This document shows, in pieces, positions 15,062 to 29,415 of a stretch of 64,000 nucleotides of DNA (positions are counted from its first letter, which is position 1; each line of letters begins with the position of its first letter). The stretch is from Octopus sinensis (Eukaryota). The notes beneath the pieces are model-generated. The model was not told the DNA's origin. It was given only the letters and a program-made list of their open reading frames with translations, and searched no databases. The DNA is taken from contig NC_043005.1 of assembly GCF_006345805.1 (NCBI RefSeq), positions 38,998,001-39,062,000 of the forward strand, given 5' to 3'. A program made the translations under genes and the position numbers.

Positions 15062-15247
15062 AATAAAGGGTAAAAATCATTAATGATTTTACCAGGTAGT
15101 CAGCGCGGAAATATGTTTACAGTTCGTGGTGAGGTGTACAGCCAATCCCTACTTATAATTATAAAATATTTTGTCAAATTTACCTATGAGGTTTTTATTT
15201 CCGCGCTGACCACCTGGTGAAATCATTACTGATTTTTACTCTTTATT
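15062..15247. mobile_element. MITE-like element with ~52-bp terminal inverted repeats
   Basis: AATAAAGGGTAAAAATCATTAATGATTTTACCAGGTAGTCAGCGCGGAAATA (15062-15113) versus its near reverse complement at 15196-15247, with TA flanks. Confidence 0.7.
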
Positions 15248-15339
15248 ATAATTAATATTTGAAAATCTTAATTAACTGTAGACTAGGTCTTGACACACTA
15301 TATGTGGGTATAAAAGAAAGATGTTAATTGTACTTTGCA

Positions 15340-17640
15340 GTATATTTCTTCGAGTGTGGATGGATATTGGTTGAGCGACGTCGCGGCTCGCATGCATATT
15401 TCGAGATACTCGTATAAATTTATGCTATGGAATACCACTGCTGATGATAGCAGTAAGTAATATTTTCTACTTTAAGCTTGAAACAGGAACTTGTACACGG
15501 TTAACCATGAGTTAATGTAGATATGAGCCAAATGCATCGGGTCTTCCACATCGTATCTAGATAGAGTATTTTGTAGGCCTGTAGATAGAAGTAGTATAAG
15601 TTATCCACGTTTCGAAGTCGTCGGCTACATGGACCATAAACTTGTGATCTCCACGGTCGACATTTATAGGATGCATAGACAGGGCCCCAGATACTGGAAG
15701 CTGAATGCGTCCTTCCCTGCGCGCCAAGCTTTCAGAGACAGGGTTAGCATGTTTGTCCATCGAAAGTTGGCGCACACAGTCGTCAACAGCTGCTGGTGGA
15801 TAGCCCTGAAAAGGGCAATTAGTGTAGAGGCGGTAAGTTTTAGTAAAGAAATAGCGTAGGAGGAATCCCGGATAGAGGGAGACCTAGTTATGAAGCTTGA
15901 AGTAGCGCGTAGAAAAGGTATAGCGACTGACGGGCTGGCGGCAAGATTAGCCCCTGATCAATTCTTCAATGCCAAGCACGAAGATTGTGTTGTCAGAGCT
16001 AGGGCCCGTGCACTGAGATGGGAGGGGACGAAAGCCGTTCGATGGGCCCGGGTGGCAAAGGTGCTTCGTGGAAACAAAGCAGCATTTCGGTCTTTGGCGA
16101 GATATGATGGGCGCATGATAACAGAGTCCAAGCAGATGTGTGCGGAATTTCAGCAACACTTCACCGAATTGTATGGGGCCCGTGGTGATTCTAAGACAGT
16201 GGTGGATTTCCCCTCCCATCTCAGTAGCATACCGCGGCTATCAGCCAGGGGTGCGGATATCTACGAAATTCCGATAAAGATCAATCAGGCAAAGTCGGTG
16301 GGACTGCAGCTCGGCACCTGGAGAGGGAGGTCCATGCCGACCGACAGCGTTATAGGGCGCTGGACGGAAAGACCGGTTACATTGCTCCGTGTTTTGTTTG
16401 GTCCCGGCCTCCAAGTCGACATTAACTGGTGGGAGATGACGAATCTCACTCAGAAATGGGCTGAGAGGAAGCTGTGCCTGAAGAGTCGGATGGAGGTGAC
16501 TAATGCGTACACCACTTCCGTCATCTACTACCGCCTGACCGTCGTCCCTTCTTCCACTTCGTGCCTGGTAAGGTTGGAGCGCTTACTCTTCCGCTTTCTA
16601 TGGAAGGGACGGGTTTGTATATATATATAGACCGATATCACTGTAATAGTGTCTAACACCAAACAAAGAAAGGCGAACTGCTCATCGTAAAGGAATTCGA
16701 GGCGGTGACAGGATTAAAATTTAACCATAAGTCAATGAGCCTGCTGTTCGGCACCTTGAGAAGCAGTTCTTTACCGTTCTGCGGCGTCATGGCCACTGAA
16801 CAGACAGGTTAAGTTGATCGGGGTTTGCTGCAGTTCAGACCTGCAGGTGGACATGTCCTGGGTTTGGTGTTGCGTAGGATGGTTGATCTTACTTGAAATG
16901 GACTGAAAGGAAGCTATCCTTGAAGAGCCGGGCTGGGGGTGGCAAGTGCCTCCATCGCATCCATCAACTACTCCTGCCTGACCGTAGTATCTACCTCTGG
17001 TTGATGGCTAGCCAGAATGGAACGTTTGCTCTTCCGATTTTAGAGAAGCGGACACGAGCCCCTTTGCTACAAGGTCCTTTTGCAGTCAGTATCGCCGCTG
17101 AGAGCAAATGCTTACATCGCATCTATTATCTACTACCGCTTGACCACTTGCTCTTCTTTATTACTGACCAGAATTGAATGCTTGTTTTTCCGATTTGTGA
17201 GGAAGAGATGCGTCCCACTTTCCGGAAGAGCCATTAACAGTTAACATCCGCTGCGTGGGGGACTGGGTTTTCCGCGCAGGCATGTGCTGAAGCTACAGAA
17301 TCTCCAGCTATTCTTTGACAGTAAGCAGGTTTAGTCGCCGTTTGTTAGACGCGCTTTTCTGAAGTTCTTTTCTTAGATATATTCGCAGTACAAAGGATGA
17401 AGCATAGACGGAGGCAGGGTGTCTGGTACTCCCAGTGCTGTGAGAAACTCAGTGCCTCTCTGCCGGTCGGATAATGCAGTCAGTACCTGTTCCGCCATGG
17501 TGTTCTCTACAGGGATATTGGTTGGGAGATCGACAAAATACTCAAGGAGATGTAAGAGATTATGTAAATCAATTGGCTGGTCTTTTCGGTTGACTTTCAG
17601 CCTGGTACTCTGGATAATTTCAAGATATTCTTAGCCTGCA
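15340..17640 (+). mobile_element. L1/Tx1-type non-LTR retrotransposon ORF2 relic (APE end, linker, post-RT region), rearranged
   Basis: SYLDRVF, DHKLV...GPRYWKLNAS, ORF 15890-16630 (INQAKSVGLQLGTW, SVIYYRLTVVP, LFRFLWKG), and a second partial copy from ~16680 (EFEAVTG, WTERKLSLKSR). Confidence 0.8.
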
Positions 17641-17800
17641 TTGCTAGGAATTATATTACTCTTGGAAAATGTATGTAAAAATGTGTGTGGTGTGCTGTTG
17701 GTGGTGGTGGTGGTGGTGTTTGTCTGTCTGTGCGTGCATGTGTCGGGGTATGTGTATGGTAACGAAAAATATAGACAGACAGACAGTTAGATATATAGGT

Positions 17801-17913
<113 letters not shown>

Positions 17914-18350
17914 CATAGAGAGAGAGAAAGTGAGTGTGAGAAAGAGGATATCCATTCATTGGTCGTAGGTGGATAGATGGATGTCTGTGAGTGAGTCAGT
18001 CATTTAGTTCTCTGAAATTTTAACGAAAATATGGCACCAAAGAGGCTGCAGAGAAAGAGGCTGTGTTATAAGCAATGCTTGACATACTTTGGAATAGTTT
18101 CAACCAACACCAAAGCCCGTTTGGCTTCTTTAATCTTTCCAAAGTGATAAATAATATGCAAATGGAATATGGTGGAATGACGGTGGAATGAAAATAGAAT
18201 ATTGTGAAACGAAGTTTTAGGAAGAGAATGTTGTCCACATCGAAATATTTCGGTCAGTGCCTGCACAAAGGGAAACATTCAGGTCGCTTTTGAATTTCTA
18301 CCTTCCATTATACGTTTATTTTCGTTGGATGTGTGTATACGCAGTGTTAT

Positions 18351-18449
<99 letters not shown>

Positions 18450-18567
18450 ATATATGAGTGTGTAACTGTGTTTGTGCGTGTTTGTATATATTATAAATAC
18501 GAATACATACATGTATATCTATCTATATATCTATCTATCTATCTATCTATCATCCACACACACACAA

Positions 18568-18621
<54 letters not shown>

Positions 18622-18943
18622 GTGTATATATATATATGTTATATATATATACACATATATATATATATGAATATGTATATATATATGCATTTATATATAT
18701 ATATATACATACATATATATATGTATATGTATATATATATGTGTGTGTGTATAGATTTATATGTATATATATGCATAAATATATATATATGTGTGTATGG
18801 AGTTTTATCGTTTATTTATATAGTTTTGAGTTTTATGTATGTATTTATATACACATACATATTTACATATATATGTATATATACATACATACATACATAC
18901 ATGTATGTCTATATCTATATACATACACACACACACAACACAC

Positions 18944-19013
<70 letters not shown>

Positions 19014-19808
19014 ATATACACTCACATTATTTCATTTTTCTATTAATTCAACCAAACATAATTGGTGTACTTGAAAGAATGCGAATCAAAACCGGATAAG
19101 ACCATTTATATTATTTTATTTATTCAAATTTGTATGTGTGCGTATCTGCACTTGTACGCTTCTACGCGTTGTCTATGTGCACGTGTGTGTGTGTGTGTGT
19201 GTGTGTTGTGTGAGTATTTGAGTGTGCGCGCGAGTGCCTGTGCATGTGTGTACGTGTGTATGTGTTTGCTTATTGTGTAACCTACTCAATCATTTTGTGA
19301 CAAAACAGTATCGATCCGAGTATGTAGAGGAGTGCAGTAGAAAATATGCATGCAATATCGATCATTCGCTTCTTCGTGCTTTATATCTTAATTTTATTAT
19401 TTTTCTTCATTTACCTGATGTTTATTTACTTATTTAATTATTTTTATATTTATCCAATTTTTGTTTTGGTTGCATCATGCTAGGCTGAGTATGGAGAAGC
19501 TGAAAAGGACTTGGAATACTTTGTTGTATTTATAACTTATGGTTAGTCTTCTTGTCCTCTTGTACATAATATGCATGTGTATGGTTATCTATATATCTAG
19601 CTAGCTAACCTATCAATATGTGTGTTTGTGTGTGTGTCTGTGTGTCCGCATGATGTATGGTATATGTGTGACTGTGCGGGCGTGTACGATCGTATAAACT
19701 CATATGCCTATATATATATTATATATATATATAAATTTATATATAGAGGTCATTATACATACATGCCAAACGCTATATATATATATATGTATATATAATA
19801 TATATATT

Positions 19809-19860
<52 letters not shown>

Positions 19861-21073
19861 AATATACGTATGTTTGTATTTATATATACTTACATAGAGA
19901 TTCTTGCATTTATACCTCTTCATCAATATATACGTGTGGTATAATCTTTGAAGCTCTTTTATGAGATTCATATTAAGCACAAGCAACTTTCTTTATCCAG
20001 CCATACTAAAAAGAACCATAGAAATTTACTTACTCACAGACACACACGCACACACACATGGGCACACACGCACACACACATGGGCACACACACAAACACA
20101 CACACACACACAACAACGCATTCTTTTGAAAAGACAAACGGGGCATCGCAGACGACAATATACATATGGCCATATATATGTGTGTATATATATATATATG
20201 CATATATATGCATATATATGCAAATATATCTATGTATATCTGTATGTATACATAATTTATATGTACTTTTATATATGTTTGAGTATACACACACACACAC
20301 ACATATATATATATGTGTGTGTGTGTGCATGTATGTATGTATTATGTATGTATGCATGAATGTATGTATGTGTGTGTGCATGTATGTACGTACGTATGTG
20401 TGTGTGTGTGTGTGTAATGTATAATATATATGTGTGCATGTGAGGGAGAAAATGTGTGTATTTTTCTCATGTCTAATGTTGCAAATATCCAAGTCTACTA
20501 GCGGTGAACCCCTTCCCCGTTCACCTATGGAAAGATGACTTGATGACACAACTCATGGAAACTGACGCCTGCCATAATGGTTTCCAATGTTTATATTTCC
20601 ATATATGCCAAATGCATTATATATGACGTGTGCAAGCATCAGTACACATATTGATTGCATGTGTACAAATATGTGCGTGGATATGTTGTTTGTACGTGTG
20701 GTAGCTTATGTGCAAACATACACATGCATACATATATTCAAATATACACACAAACACACATATATATATAGATATATAGGTATATAGGTAATCACTGTTT
20801 TACTCTTATAATAATAATTAGTATTATTATTAGTAGAAGTGGCAGTAGCAGCAGCAGCAGTAGTTGTAGTAGTAGTAGTAGTAGTAGTAGTAGTATATAG
20901 TAGTAAGTAGTAGTAGTAGTAATAGTAGTAGTAGTTAGGAACTATACCTATAGATCACGTTTCTCTTCGTATTCATATGTACTGTATATATATATATATA
21001 TATCTATGTATGCATGTATGTAATGTATATATATATATATTATATATATATATATAATATATATATATGACAT

Positions 21074-21127
<54 letters not shown>

Positions 21128-21169
21128 TACTTTTATGTATTATGTATGTATATATTTTTATTATTTTTC

Positions 21170-22085
21170 TTGTTCAGCAATTTCATTGCGCCATGCTGGA
21201 TCACCGCCTTCTGTGGAACAAATGGATCCCAGTATTTATTCTTCGTGAGCCTAGTACTTATTCTATTGGAAACATATTCCAAACCACTAGGTTACAGGGA
21301 CGTAAACGCACCAATATCGGTTATCAAGTGATGGTGAGGGGACAAACACAGACAAACAAATACATACATACATACATATATATATGTATATGTATATATT
21401 GTTAATTATATACATATATATATATATATAATTAATAATATCAGGGTTATAAAAATTTTAGAAATTTTTACTACCAATGGCCTTGCGTATAGAAATATTT
21501 GTCTATAGACTATATATTATTCATATAAAATACAGTGTACATTTAAACACATTAAGAGGTGTCCAAACCACTAATTAGGGATAAATTCTCGAAGGGAATA
21601 AAAATTAATACAGTTACCATCTATATTTCCTGGACCGGTTTCTGACATTTTTTTAGCAAATAAAAAAAAATTACCAGGCGAAGTCTTCGTCTGGCAAATT
21701 GGTACGGCAAGATTAAATATATAAACACGAAGCCGCCAATCCAGCATGTGCCTCTTGCTTATACATGTTAATTTTTTTTTAATCCACCGCGCAAGTGCAG
21801 CTTTTCTGTCGGCAACACAATGTGCCGACAATTTCTTCGAACGAATTCTCCAGAAATCATTACACATAATTAATAATATCAGGGTAATAAAGATTTTAGA
21901 TAATTTTTTTGGCATTCGTTCGAAGAAATATATATGACGAGCTTCTTTCAGTTTCCATCTAACAAATCCACTGACATGGCTTTGGTCGGCCCGAGACTAT
22001 AGTAGAATACATTTGTTTCGAGTAGCCGCGCGGGGGACTCAACCCGGAACCATGTGATTGGGTAGCAAGCTTCTTACCACTCCGG
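21170..22085 (-). mobile_element. SINE family A split by a ~500-bp insertion in its (TA)n linker
   Basis: The 3' part lies at 21170-21380 and the 5' part at 21935-22085, with unrelated sequence between them. Confidence 0.65.
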
Positions 22086-22303
22086 TAACTATAAATATAT
22101 ATCAGTCTGTGTTTGTGTTCGTGTGTATGTGAGTGTGTTCATGTACTTGCATGTGTGTTTGTGAGTGTATGTATACGTAGTGTATACATGAGTTTCTCAA
22201 AAGTGTGCGTATGCATATGAACGCATAGATCAGAAGATATTACCAGTCTGCCCATATACAGATGTGCAGATACATGAATAATCACACGTATATGCATTAT
22301 ATA

Positions 22304-22690
22304 TACTCTTTTACTTGTTTCACTCATTTGACTGCGGCCATGCTGGACACCAGGAATTATTCTTTGTAAGCCTAGTACTTATTCTATCAGTCTCTTTTTG
22401 CCGAACCGCTAGTTTAGGGGACGTAAACAAATCAGCATCGGTTATCAAGCGATGTTGGGGGAAAAACACAGAGACACAAACATATACACACACATACGCA
22501 TATATATATATACGTATACATATATACGACGGGCTTCTTTCAGTTTCCGTCAACCAAATCCCCTCACAAAGCTTTGATCGGTCCGTGGCTATAGTAGAAG
22601 ACACTTGCTCAGGGTACAATTCAGGGGGACTGAACCCGGAACCATGTGGCTGGTAAGCAAGCTACTTACCACACAGCCACTCATGCGCCT
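22304..22690 (-). mobile_element. tRNA-derived SINE, family A, full length
   Basis: The head on the minus strand has A-box-like GTGGTAAG and B-box-like GGTTCAGTCC, followed by an internal microsatellite linker and a TTTTACTTGTTT tail. There are several homologous copies in the window. Confidence 0.85.
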
Positions 22691-22729
22691 ATATATATAT
22701 ATATATATCCTGGAAAAAGGATATATGTA

Positions 22730-22960
22730 TTTGCATTGGGACCCCTTCGCTTTGAAGACCGGTTATTGTCCTACGCTGACGATGGGTAAATACTCAGAAA
22801 CCCGGGTCCATGCGTATCACGTCAGGTCGACGAGGGAAAGGATGATTTCCCTTTGCAAATACTGATGGAGCACAGAAGGTGTGTCAATAGCCAGCTGGAG
22901 AAGATGTTCTCCTGGGGCTACAAGCTACAGTAGCATCTACCTTTAGTGGTTAGCCACATT
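22730..22960 (+). repeat. Unclassified interspersed repeat (inverted homolog at 53325-53510)
   Basis: GAAACCCGGGTC...GTATCACGT...GATGATTTCCCTTTGCAAATAC...CCTGGGGCTA matches the reverse complement of 53365-53500. Confidence 0.65.
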
Positions 22961-23502
22961 TAAGTGACAAATATACTTTACATTGTCGTGCAGCTACTGT
23001 TTATACCTCGTTCAGCGATTTATTATTACTTATATATATATATGTGTACACAGATATACACACATTTATATATATGCACACTCACACGCACGCACACACG
23101 CACACACACACATATGCATGTATGTATAGACATGAAAATATATGTCAAAGCATGGCACGTCATTTTTCTCATAAATTCCCTATGAATAGGATTTCAAAAC
23201 ATGCACGCAGCTTTTTTGTCTAACTAAATATTATTCAATATATCATGCACGCCCGTCTCTGTGCGCGCGCGCGCGTGTGTGTGGCCATCCGCGCGCATGG
23301 CCTCAATAGAAAGAAAACCTTTCCAGAATCCATTCTGGTGAATATGAGTAATAGTAACTGTCGTATCTATTGACCTACATATATTTTTGGGTATATACTC
23401 TACACAGAAGACCTTATTTTTGAAACGACCACCGTGCGTTTCTTAATCCCAAATATAAGCCGAAAAGTTCTGTATGCAGGTGCAATAAGGTAATAGTTGT
23501 TA

Positions 23503-23852
23503 TCTCTATATATATAAAGCTGAAGTTGTCTGTGTATGGCAGGTTTGGTAGCCTTCAACTAACACTATCTCCTCCGAGACCCTGCGGCGCAAGTTGACCA
23601 AAATTGAGAGTATGATAGTAGAAGGCTTACTCTTCCTTCCGTAGAAGAAAAAAAATCAAATCGGAATTTTATGAAAAAATCTATTTTTTACGATTTTTTT
23701 ACTACTGTGTCGCCATTTTTCGGTGTATTTCAACCAGAAAAATGTTCACTTAAAGAGAATAACAAGCTACATAATGCAAAATTTTTACTTTTCAAAAATT
23801 CAAATTCTAAAGGGTCGAAACAAACCCGAGCAAAGCCGGGCAATACTGCTAG
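23503..23852 (+). mobile_element. Complete non-autonomous Helitron (350 bp)
   Basis: 5' A|TC terminus (TCTCTATATATATAAAGCTG), 3' hairpin CCCGAGCAAAGCCGGG (23825-23840), then CTAG|T. It is inserted between A and T with no target duplication. Confidence 0.85.
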
Positions 23853-24081
23853 TTTCATATTAAAGCAGTAACAATTATGAATTAATACGGTCAAAGGAAA
23901 AACACAAATTTTCTTATAGCATTTACTTCACCACGTCACATTCTCTTTTTAAGTTTCAACGCAGACGTTGAAAAATTAAGTTCCTGTCAAATATGTACCA
24001 TTCTGCCAAATTTGTAATCTATACATACATACATACATACATACATACATACATACATACATACCTACATACATACATACA

Positions 24082-24113
<32 letters not shown>

Positions 24114-24595
24114 CCATAAGGTTCGAAAATCGATTAACGTTGTTCGTCAATTTTTTTTTTCAGACTACGGAGAAATGGCTGAAATTTTCTTTGTTTATAA
24201 CTGTACATGTTACATATATATTTATATATTTAATTTTATATTTATAGTTGTTATTTTCAGTATTTTTATTTACGTGTCATAAATATTATTGTTATCGTTG
24301 TTATAAACATTTCTGCTATTGTTGCTTCGTTTCGTACCAACAGTCCCAAGTCACACCCAGATACCACCAGTAAGTTTGAGGAGTCCTCTGGATGATATTT
24401 AAACTAGCATTGATATCTTACAGGAGACCATATTCTGGCTACTCATATTCTATGAATGTCATAATATGACGTCTTTGAGAGTGTTTTAAGAGAACCAGGC
24501 TGAATGTTTTTCTTCGGATGGGAGTGATAAACATGAGAACAATGTTGAGTACTTTGGAAAATTTAGGATTTTCCGATGTTTGACCATAGTGTTGC

Positions 24596-24629
<34 letters not shown>

Positions 24630-24630
<1 letters not shown>

Positions 24631-24766
24631 GGTTGTCCCAAAAGTTCATAAACACTTGCGAAAATTGAATTTTTACTCGCCAAGTACTAACAAAAACAAC
24701 AAAAATTATTCCTCAAAATAAAGACCATTATTTTCCAAGACTTTCTACGAACTTTTGGGACAACCT
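24630..24766. mobile_element. Tc1/mariner-type MITE in a (TTA)n tract
   Basis: 20-bp TIRs AGGTTGTCCCAAAAGTTCAT / ACGAACTTTTGGGACAACCT with TA-containing flanks. Confidence 0.75.
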
Positions 24767-25377
24767 TATATTATTATTATTATTATTATTATATTATATT
24801 ATTATTATTATTATTATTATCATTATTAATATTATTATTATTATTGTTGTTGTTGTTGTTGTTATTGTTGTTGTTGTTGTTGTGTTTTTTGTAGTTGTTG
24901 TTGTTATAATTATTAATGATTTGACTCAGGTTCGTACTTACTCCTCGTAGAATTCATGTGCGTAGCGGATTACTACTCATAAACTTAGGTATCCACAAGG
25001 GTTCAATAGCCTTTCGAATTCTTAAGACCCTCCTGATAGTTTTTTTCTTTCCCTAAGAGGGAAACTTTGTGTAGAAGTTCTACAGGGCATTTTATTCCAA
25101 TCTCCCTCAACCATTTGTCTTGTAGTAGTTACCGTTCATTATCCAACGAGGTAACGACAGATGATCTAACCACAAACTCCACAACCCGCATCACTACGAC
25201 TCTCATCTACATTTTCACCATCATCGTTCCAAATACAATCATTCCCAACTGAAGTCTATATCTTTTTTCTTCTGTTTGTTGATCAAATGTATAAAACAGG
25301 AAAATCATGTTTCACATATGTGTGTTTATTGTTATATTTCACGTTACCCCAGTGCACTCTGCTAGTAAAAATTAGTA

Positions 25378-25556
25378 GTACCTGTATTTCAACGGCCGGT
25401 CTTGTCACACTTTGTGTCACGCTGAATCTCCCTGAGAACTACGTTCATGGTACACGTGTCTGCGGAGTGCTCAGCCACTTGCACGTTAATTTCACGAGCA
25501 AGCTGTTCCATTGATACTATCAGCTGGGACACTCGTCGTCGTAGCCGACGGAGAAC
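25378..25556 (+). mobile_element. SINE family B, 3' part
   Basis: Reverse complement of 8291-8470. Confidence 0.75.
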
Positions 25557-26201
25557 TCCTTTTATATATATGTACATATGTATATATACATACATACATG
25601 TTGTTTAAGAAACATGTCCAGTTCCTTGGTTTTGTGTTTATGTTTTCGTTTCTCATTGTGTTCGGCGTTTTTTTTTGTGTCCTGTACCCATATATGCATG
25701 TATATATACATGTAGAGGTAGGTACGTACATATATATATGTATATATGCATATGTTTTATTTATTAAAATCATTAATATATATATACATATGTATATGTA
25801 TATATATATGCACGCACATACGCACATGCATATAATATATATAATATATATATATATATATATAATATATATATATATATACATATACATATAGAGGAAA
25901 TGTAGGGATAGGAAAGTAGACAGATCGATAATAAAGTATATTAAATACATGAAATACAAAATATGTATGTATACATAGAAAAAGGTCCGACTTACACCGA
26001 ATACAAACGATATATAGAATCAAAGGGGTTGAAGAAAAGTAATATAAATACAACAGCTCTTTCTGAGAGCTCGGTGGTCCAATACAAAGTCTGTAGACTG
26101 ATTTCATCGTAGGATGAGACGTGTTTCCGTCTTCAGAGAAGAGATCTTATATTTGAGGTGTTAAAGGAAAGAAGTTCAAGGATACATTCCATATTTGAAC
26201 T

Positions 26202-26239
<38 letters not shown>

Positions 26240-26519
26240 TACAGAGAAGAAAGAAAATTTCGAACGCAGAGATATAGGAGGGTCGAGTCTCGTGACCCTC
26301 TGCAGACAACTTTGTCCGTCTTCCAAGAGTAAAATGCTTAATCTTTCTGCTGTTTTCACGACTACACTGCGTTCGAAATTTGTTTTCTTGTCTGTAAAAT
26401 ACATAACACATTTGACACTTCCGAGTTTTCTTGTAACATATCTTCGCATAATCTTCTGTATGTATGTATGTATGTATATATGTATGTTATGTCAGGTAAC
26501 TTTCGAGTGCTACTGGTAA

Positions 26520-26870
26520 CATGTAACCTAGTACAACCTGTTGCATGGTCGGGTCGTCGGCGAGTAAACCGGCAACCCCACCAAGCTTGCTTGGTGAGGA
26601 GGCTGTTTATTGGACACACTGCGGGATGAAAAACAAAAACCGTTAAAGGGCGGAGGAACACTTGAGAGTCAACGGCCAGCCAATATCTTAAGGCTGTATC
26701 ATGCGCGGGGACATAGAAATAATCGGACTGAATACCCGATCGCGCGGTTAAACCATTGGGAGTGAAGGACTCCTAGCCTTTGTTAGGGCATCCTTCTAGG
26801 AGAAGGTAACTCAGGTAAATGGGACAACTCCGACATAAAACTTGCGGCTCAGCGGTTACCGATGATGTTG
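26520..26870 (+). mobile_element. Probable RTE-clade 5' UTR fragment
   Basis: GC-richer island with hairpin CACCAAGC-TT-GCTTGGTG and the motif GGGCATCCTTCTAGGAGAAGGTAACTC, which resembles RTE 5' UTR sequences (recalled, not searched). Confidence 0.35.
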
Positions 26871-27086
26871 ACTTGTTCTTCTTTTCGGATTATGGCTGCT
26901 GTTGCTTAGTGAGTGGGATTGACTCAGTGCACAGCCTTTCCTCACTTTAAAAAAAATCTTCTTGCACAGGCATTGCACGATAACAACATTGATTAAGCTT
27001 CGTGCAATGGCCATACTCGATAACGAGGGGGCAGCTACCATATATGTATGTATGCATGTATGTATATATGTATACATGTATGCATG

Positions 27087-27129
<43 letters not shown>

Positions 27130-27400
27130 CTGTTTATATATCAGTTACCCTCTTATACATATACACATATATATGTGTGTATGTATGCATGTATGTGTGT
27201 GTATGTATAAGAGGTAACTGATATATTAACTGTAATTTTCTAATGTTTTTGTTACATACGTTTGAAAGCATTTTATGTGCATTAAGGTCCCCACCTCATT
27301 TCTAATTCCAGAATCACATATAAAACTGTGCGTGTACGCGTGAATAAGCATCTTATACATGTGTGCTTGTGAGTGTGGTGAGTATGCGTGTGTGTATGCG

Positions 27401-27500
27401 NNNNNNNNNNNNNNNNNNNNNNNNNNNNNNNNNNNNNNNNNNNNNNNNNNNNNNNNNNNNNNNNNNNNNNNNNNNNNNNNNNNNNNNNNNNNNNNNNNNN
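27401..27500. other. Assembly gap (100 N)
   Basis: Run of N. Confidence 1.
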
Positions 27501-27509
27501 TATACATAT

Positions 27510-27663
27510 ATACTACAAGCTTTCTTCAGTTTCCGTGTACCAAATCCACTCACAAAGCTTTAGTCGACCCGAGGCTATAGTAGAAGACACTTGCCCAAGG
27601 GACTGAACCCAGAACCATATGGTTGATAAGCAAGCTACTTACCACACAGCCCCTCCTACGCCT
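27510..27663 (-). mobile_element. SINE family A, 5' part
   Basis: CTTTCTTCAGTTTCCG...AGCAAGCTACTTACCACACAGC matches the other copies. Confidence 0.75.
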
Positions 27664-28422
27664 ATATATATGTGTGTGTGTTCACATATATATATATTAT
27701 ATGTTCATGAAACAAGGTTATTATATTGTTAGTATAACATGAATTTGTTAATTTTATTCATACTAATAAAGTATCTTCAATTTTTGGGCTTTTATTTGGT
27801 GTGCCGCAAATGAATTCTGCTCGTCCAGTGCGTCGTAAGGCAAAATGTTTGGCAGACACGGCTCTAAACGGTAGACAAAATCCGTTAACTGACGAATTTT
27901 TCATTGCTGAGTCGTGCCGGAGAGCATATATTTTATGGGCAAAGCTGGTGCATGAAAAGAAGCAGTCGCTCTAGAATAGCAAAGAAGCTTTAATTACGAA
28001 ACTCTTGAAAGCCCAAGTTTTTTGTCGGGAGGTATATTATTACTCACTCGATTCTCTTTCAATTATCTGGTTGCGATTTGTGCAGCAGATGCACTGAGGG
28101 TGATCATGAGCATCTCACGCATTGAATGTACATCCCCTCAAGCATTTAAATTATTCAATAATTATTTCCAATTTTGGCACAAAGCCAGCAATCTAGAGGA
28201 GATGTGGAGGGTAGTCGATAATCTTAATCCGTGTTCAGCTAGTATTATTTTATGGACTCCGAAAAGACTGAAGGTCAAGTCAGCTTAGTGCTATACGAAC
28301 TCAGAATGTAAAGCGCCGGAAGAAGACGAAGGAATTCGTCTTCGTCATTTTTTCCCTTATCTACTTACAATTCTACCAGTTTACCCACTTTTGGCAAATA
28401 ATGAATAAACAACGATACCTAC

Positions 28423-28517
28423 ATGAAGTAGTTTTGTGAATTGTTGTCGCTGTTTTGATCCTTCGACTTGGTAGAAATAGCAACCAAACCAACCTCAAAT
28501 CGCATCTTAGTGTGCCA
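28423..28517 (-). CDS. Candidate coding exon (95 nt, phase 0 to 2)
   Basis: Acceptor TTGTCTTTTCTGTACTATAG, donor CAT|GTAGGT, and open frame WHTKMRFEVGLVAISTKSKDQNSDNNSQNYF. Confidence 0.35.
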
Positions 28518-28859
28518 CTATAGTACAGAAAAGACAAGATGATCATGACTGGAATACCTTTGATCATAGGTCTACTGTAGCTAGCCTAGGGTTAAACAAT
28601 AACAGCATCAAAGATTCAAATATAAGAAAAATGAAGAGCTGAGATCTTTATGCACTTCTTAAAGGAATTAATGCCATTGGTGAAAGGAAATAATTTCATA
28701 ATTTTTTGGAAATTATTTCATTTACTATATTGTAAAATCGTCTTGTTCATAGTATATAGATTGCTTTTCGGTACTCTAATGTACAAAAAATTGCTTTTCG
28801 GTACTCTATTGTACAAAATGGCAAGTTGTAATTAACTGAGGTATATAGTTACAATGTGA

Positions 28860-29340
28860 TCTTTAGACGACCGTGTGGTTCGATACAGAGTTGGAGTTTT
28901 TGCAGAGATTTAGATGGTTTCGAATCCCATGATCGATAATGAGCGATTTGAATAGGACGGTTCCGTCATGACTGAATTTTCATCTAAAACCTATTTGACT
29001 GATTGAAAAATATTCGGCTCACAGCCATGTTACTATCAATGGATTACCAATGCATTTTGTGTAACATCCATCAAATCTCGTAACGTTTTCTTTTCTGAAT
29101 TTGAAAGCTATGAACTAAAACCAGTCAAGCCCAATCAATGTTCGCACCTTGTGACTTCTCGTCAACCTTAGTCTTACAATGTTTCACTATGTCTCTTCAC
29201 GTAATTCTGTTATCCTGTAAAAACAGCCCCTTGGAACGGTCTTCTTGTTCACGTTTTTCCGATAGACCTGGAGAAATCTTGGAATACCATCAAAGATGTG
29301 ACACAGATTGCAGATAATATAATAGGAGGTAAATGAGGAT

Positions 29341-29415
<75 letters not shown>

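Noticed and set aside
26490-26570. Possible HDV-like ribozyme at the start of the RTE-like 5' UTR
   Set aside because: Only a partial P1-like pairing (GTAACA/TGTTGC) was found. P2, P3 and the P1.1 CC/GG could not be assigned; a descriptor search is needed.
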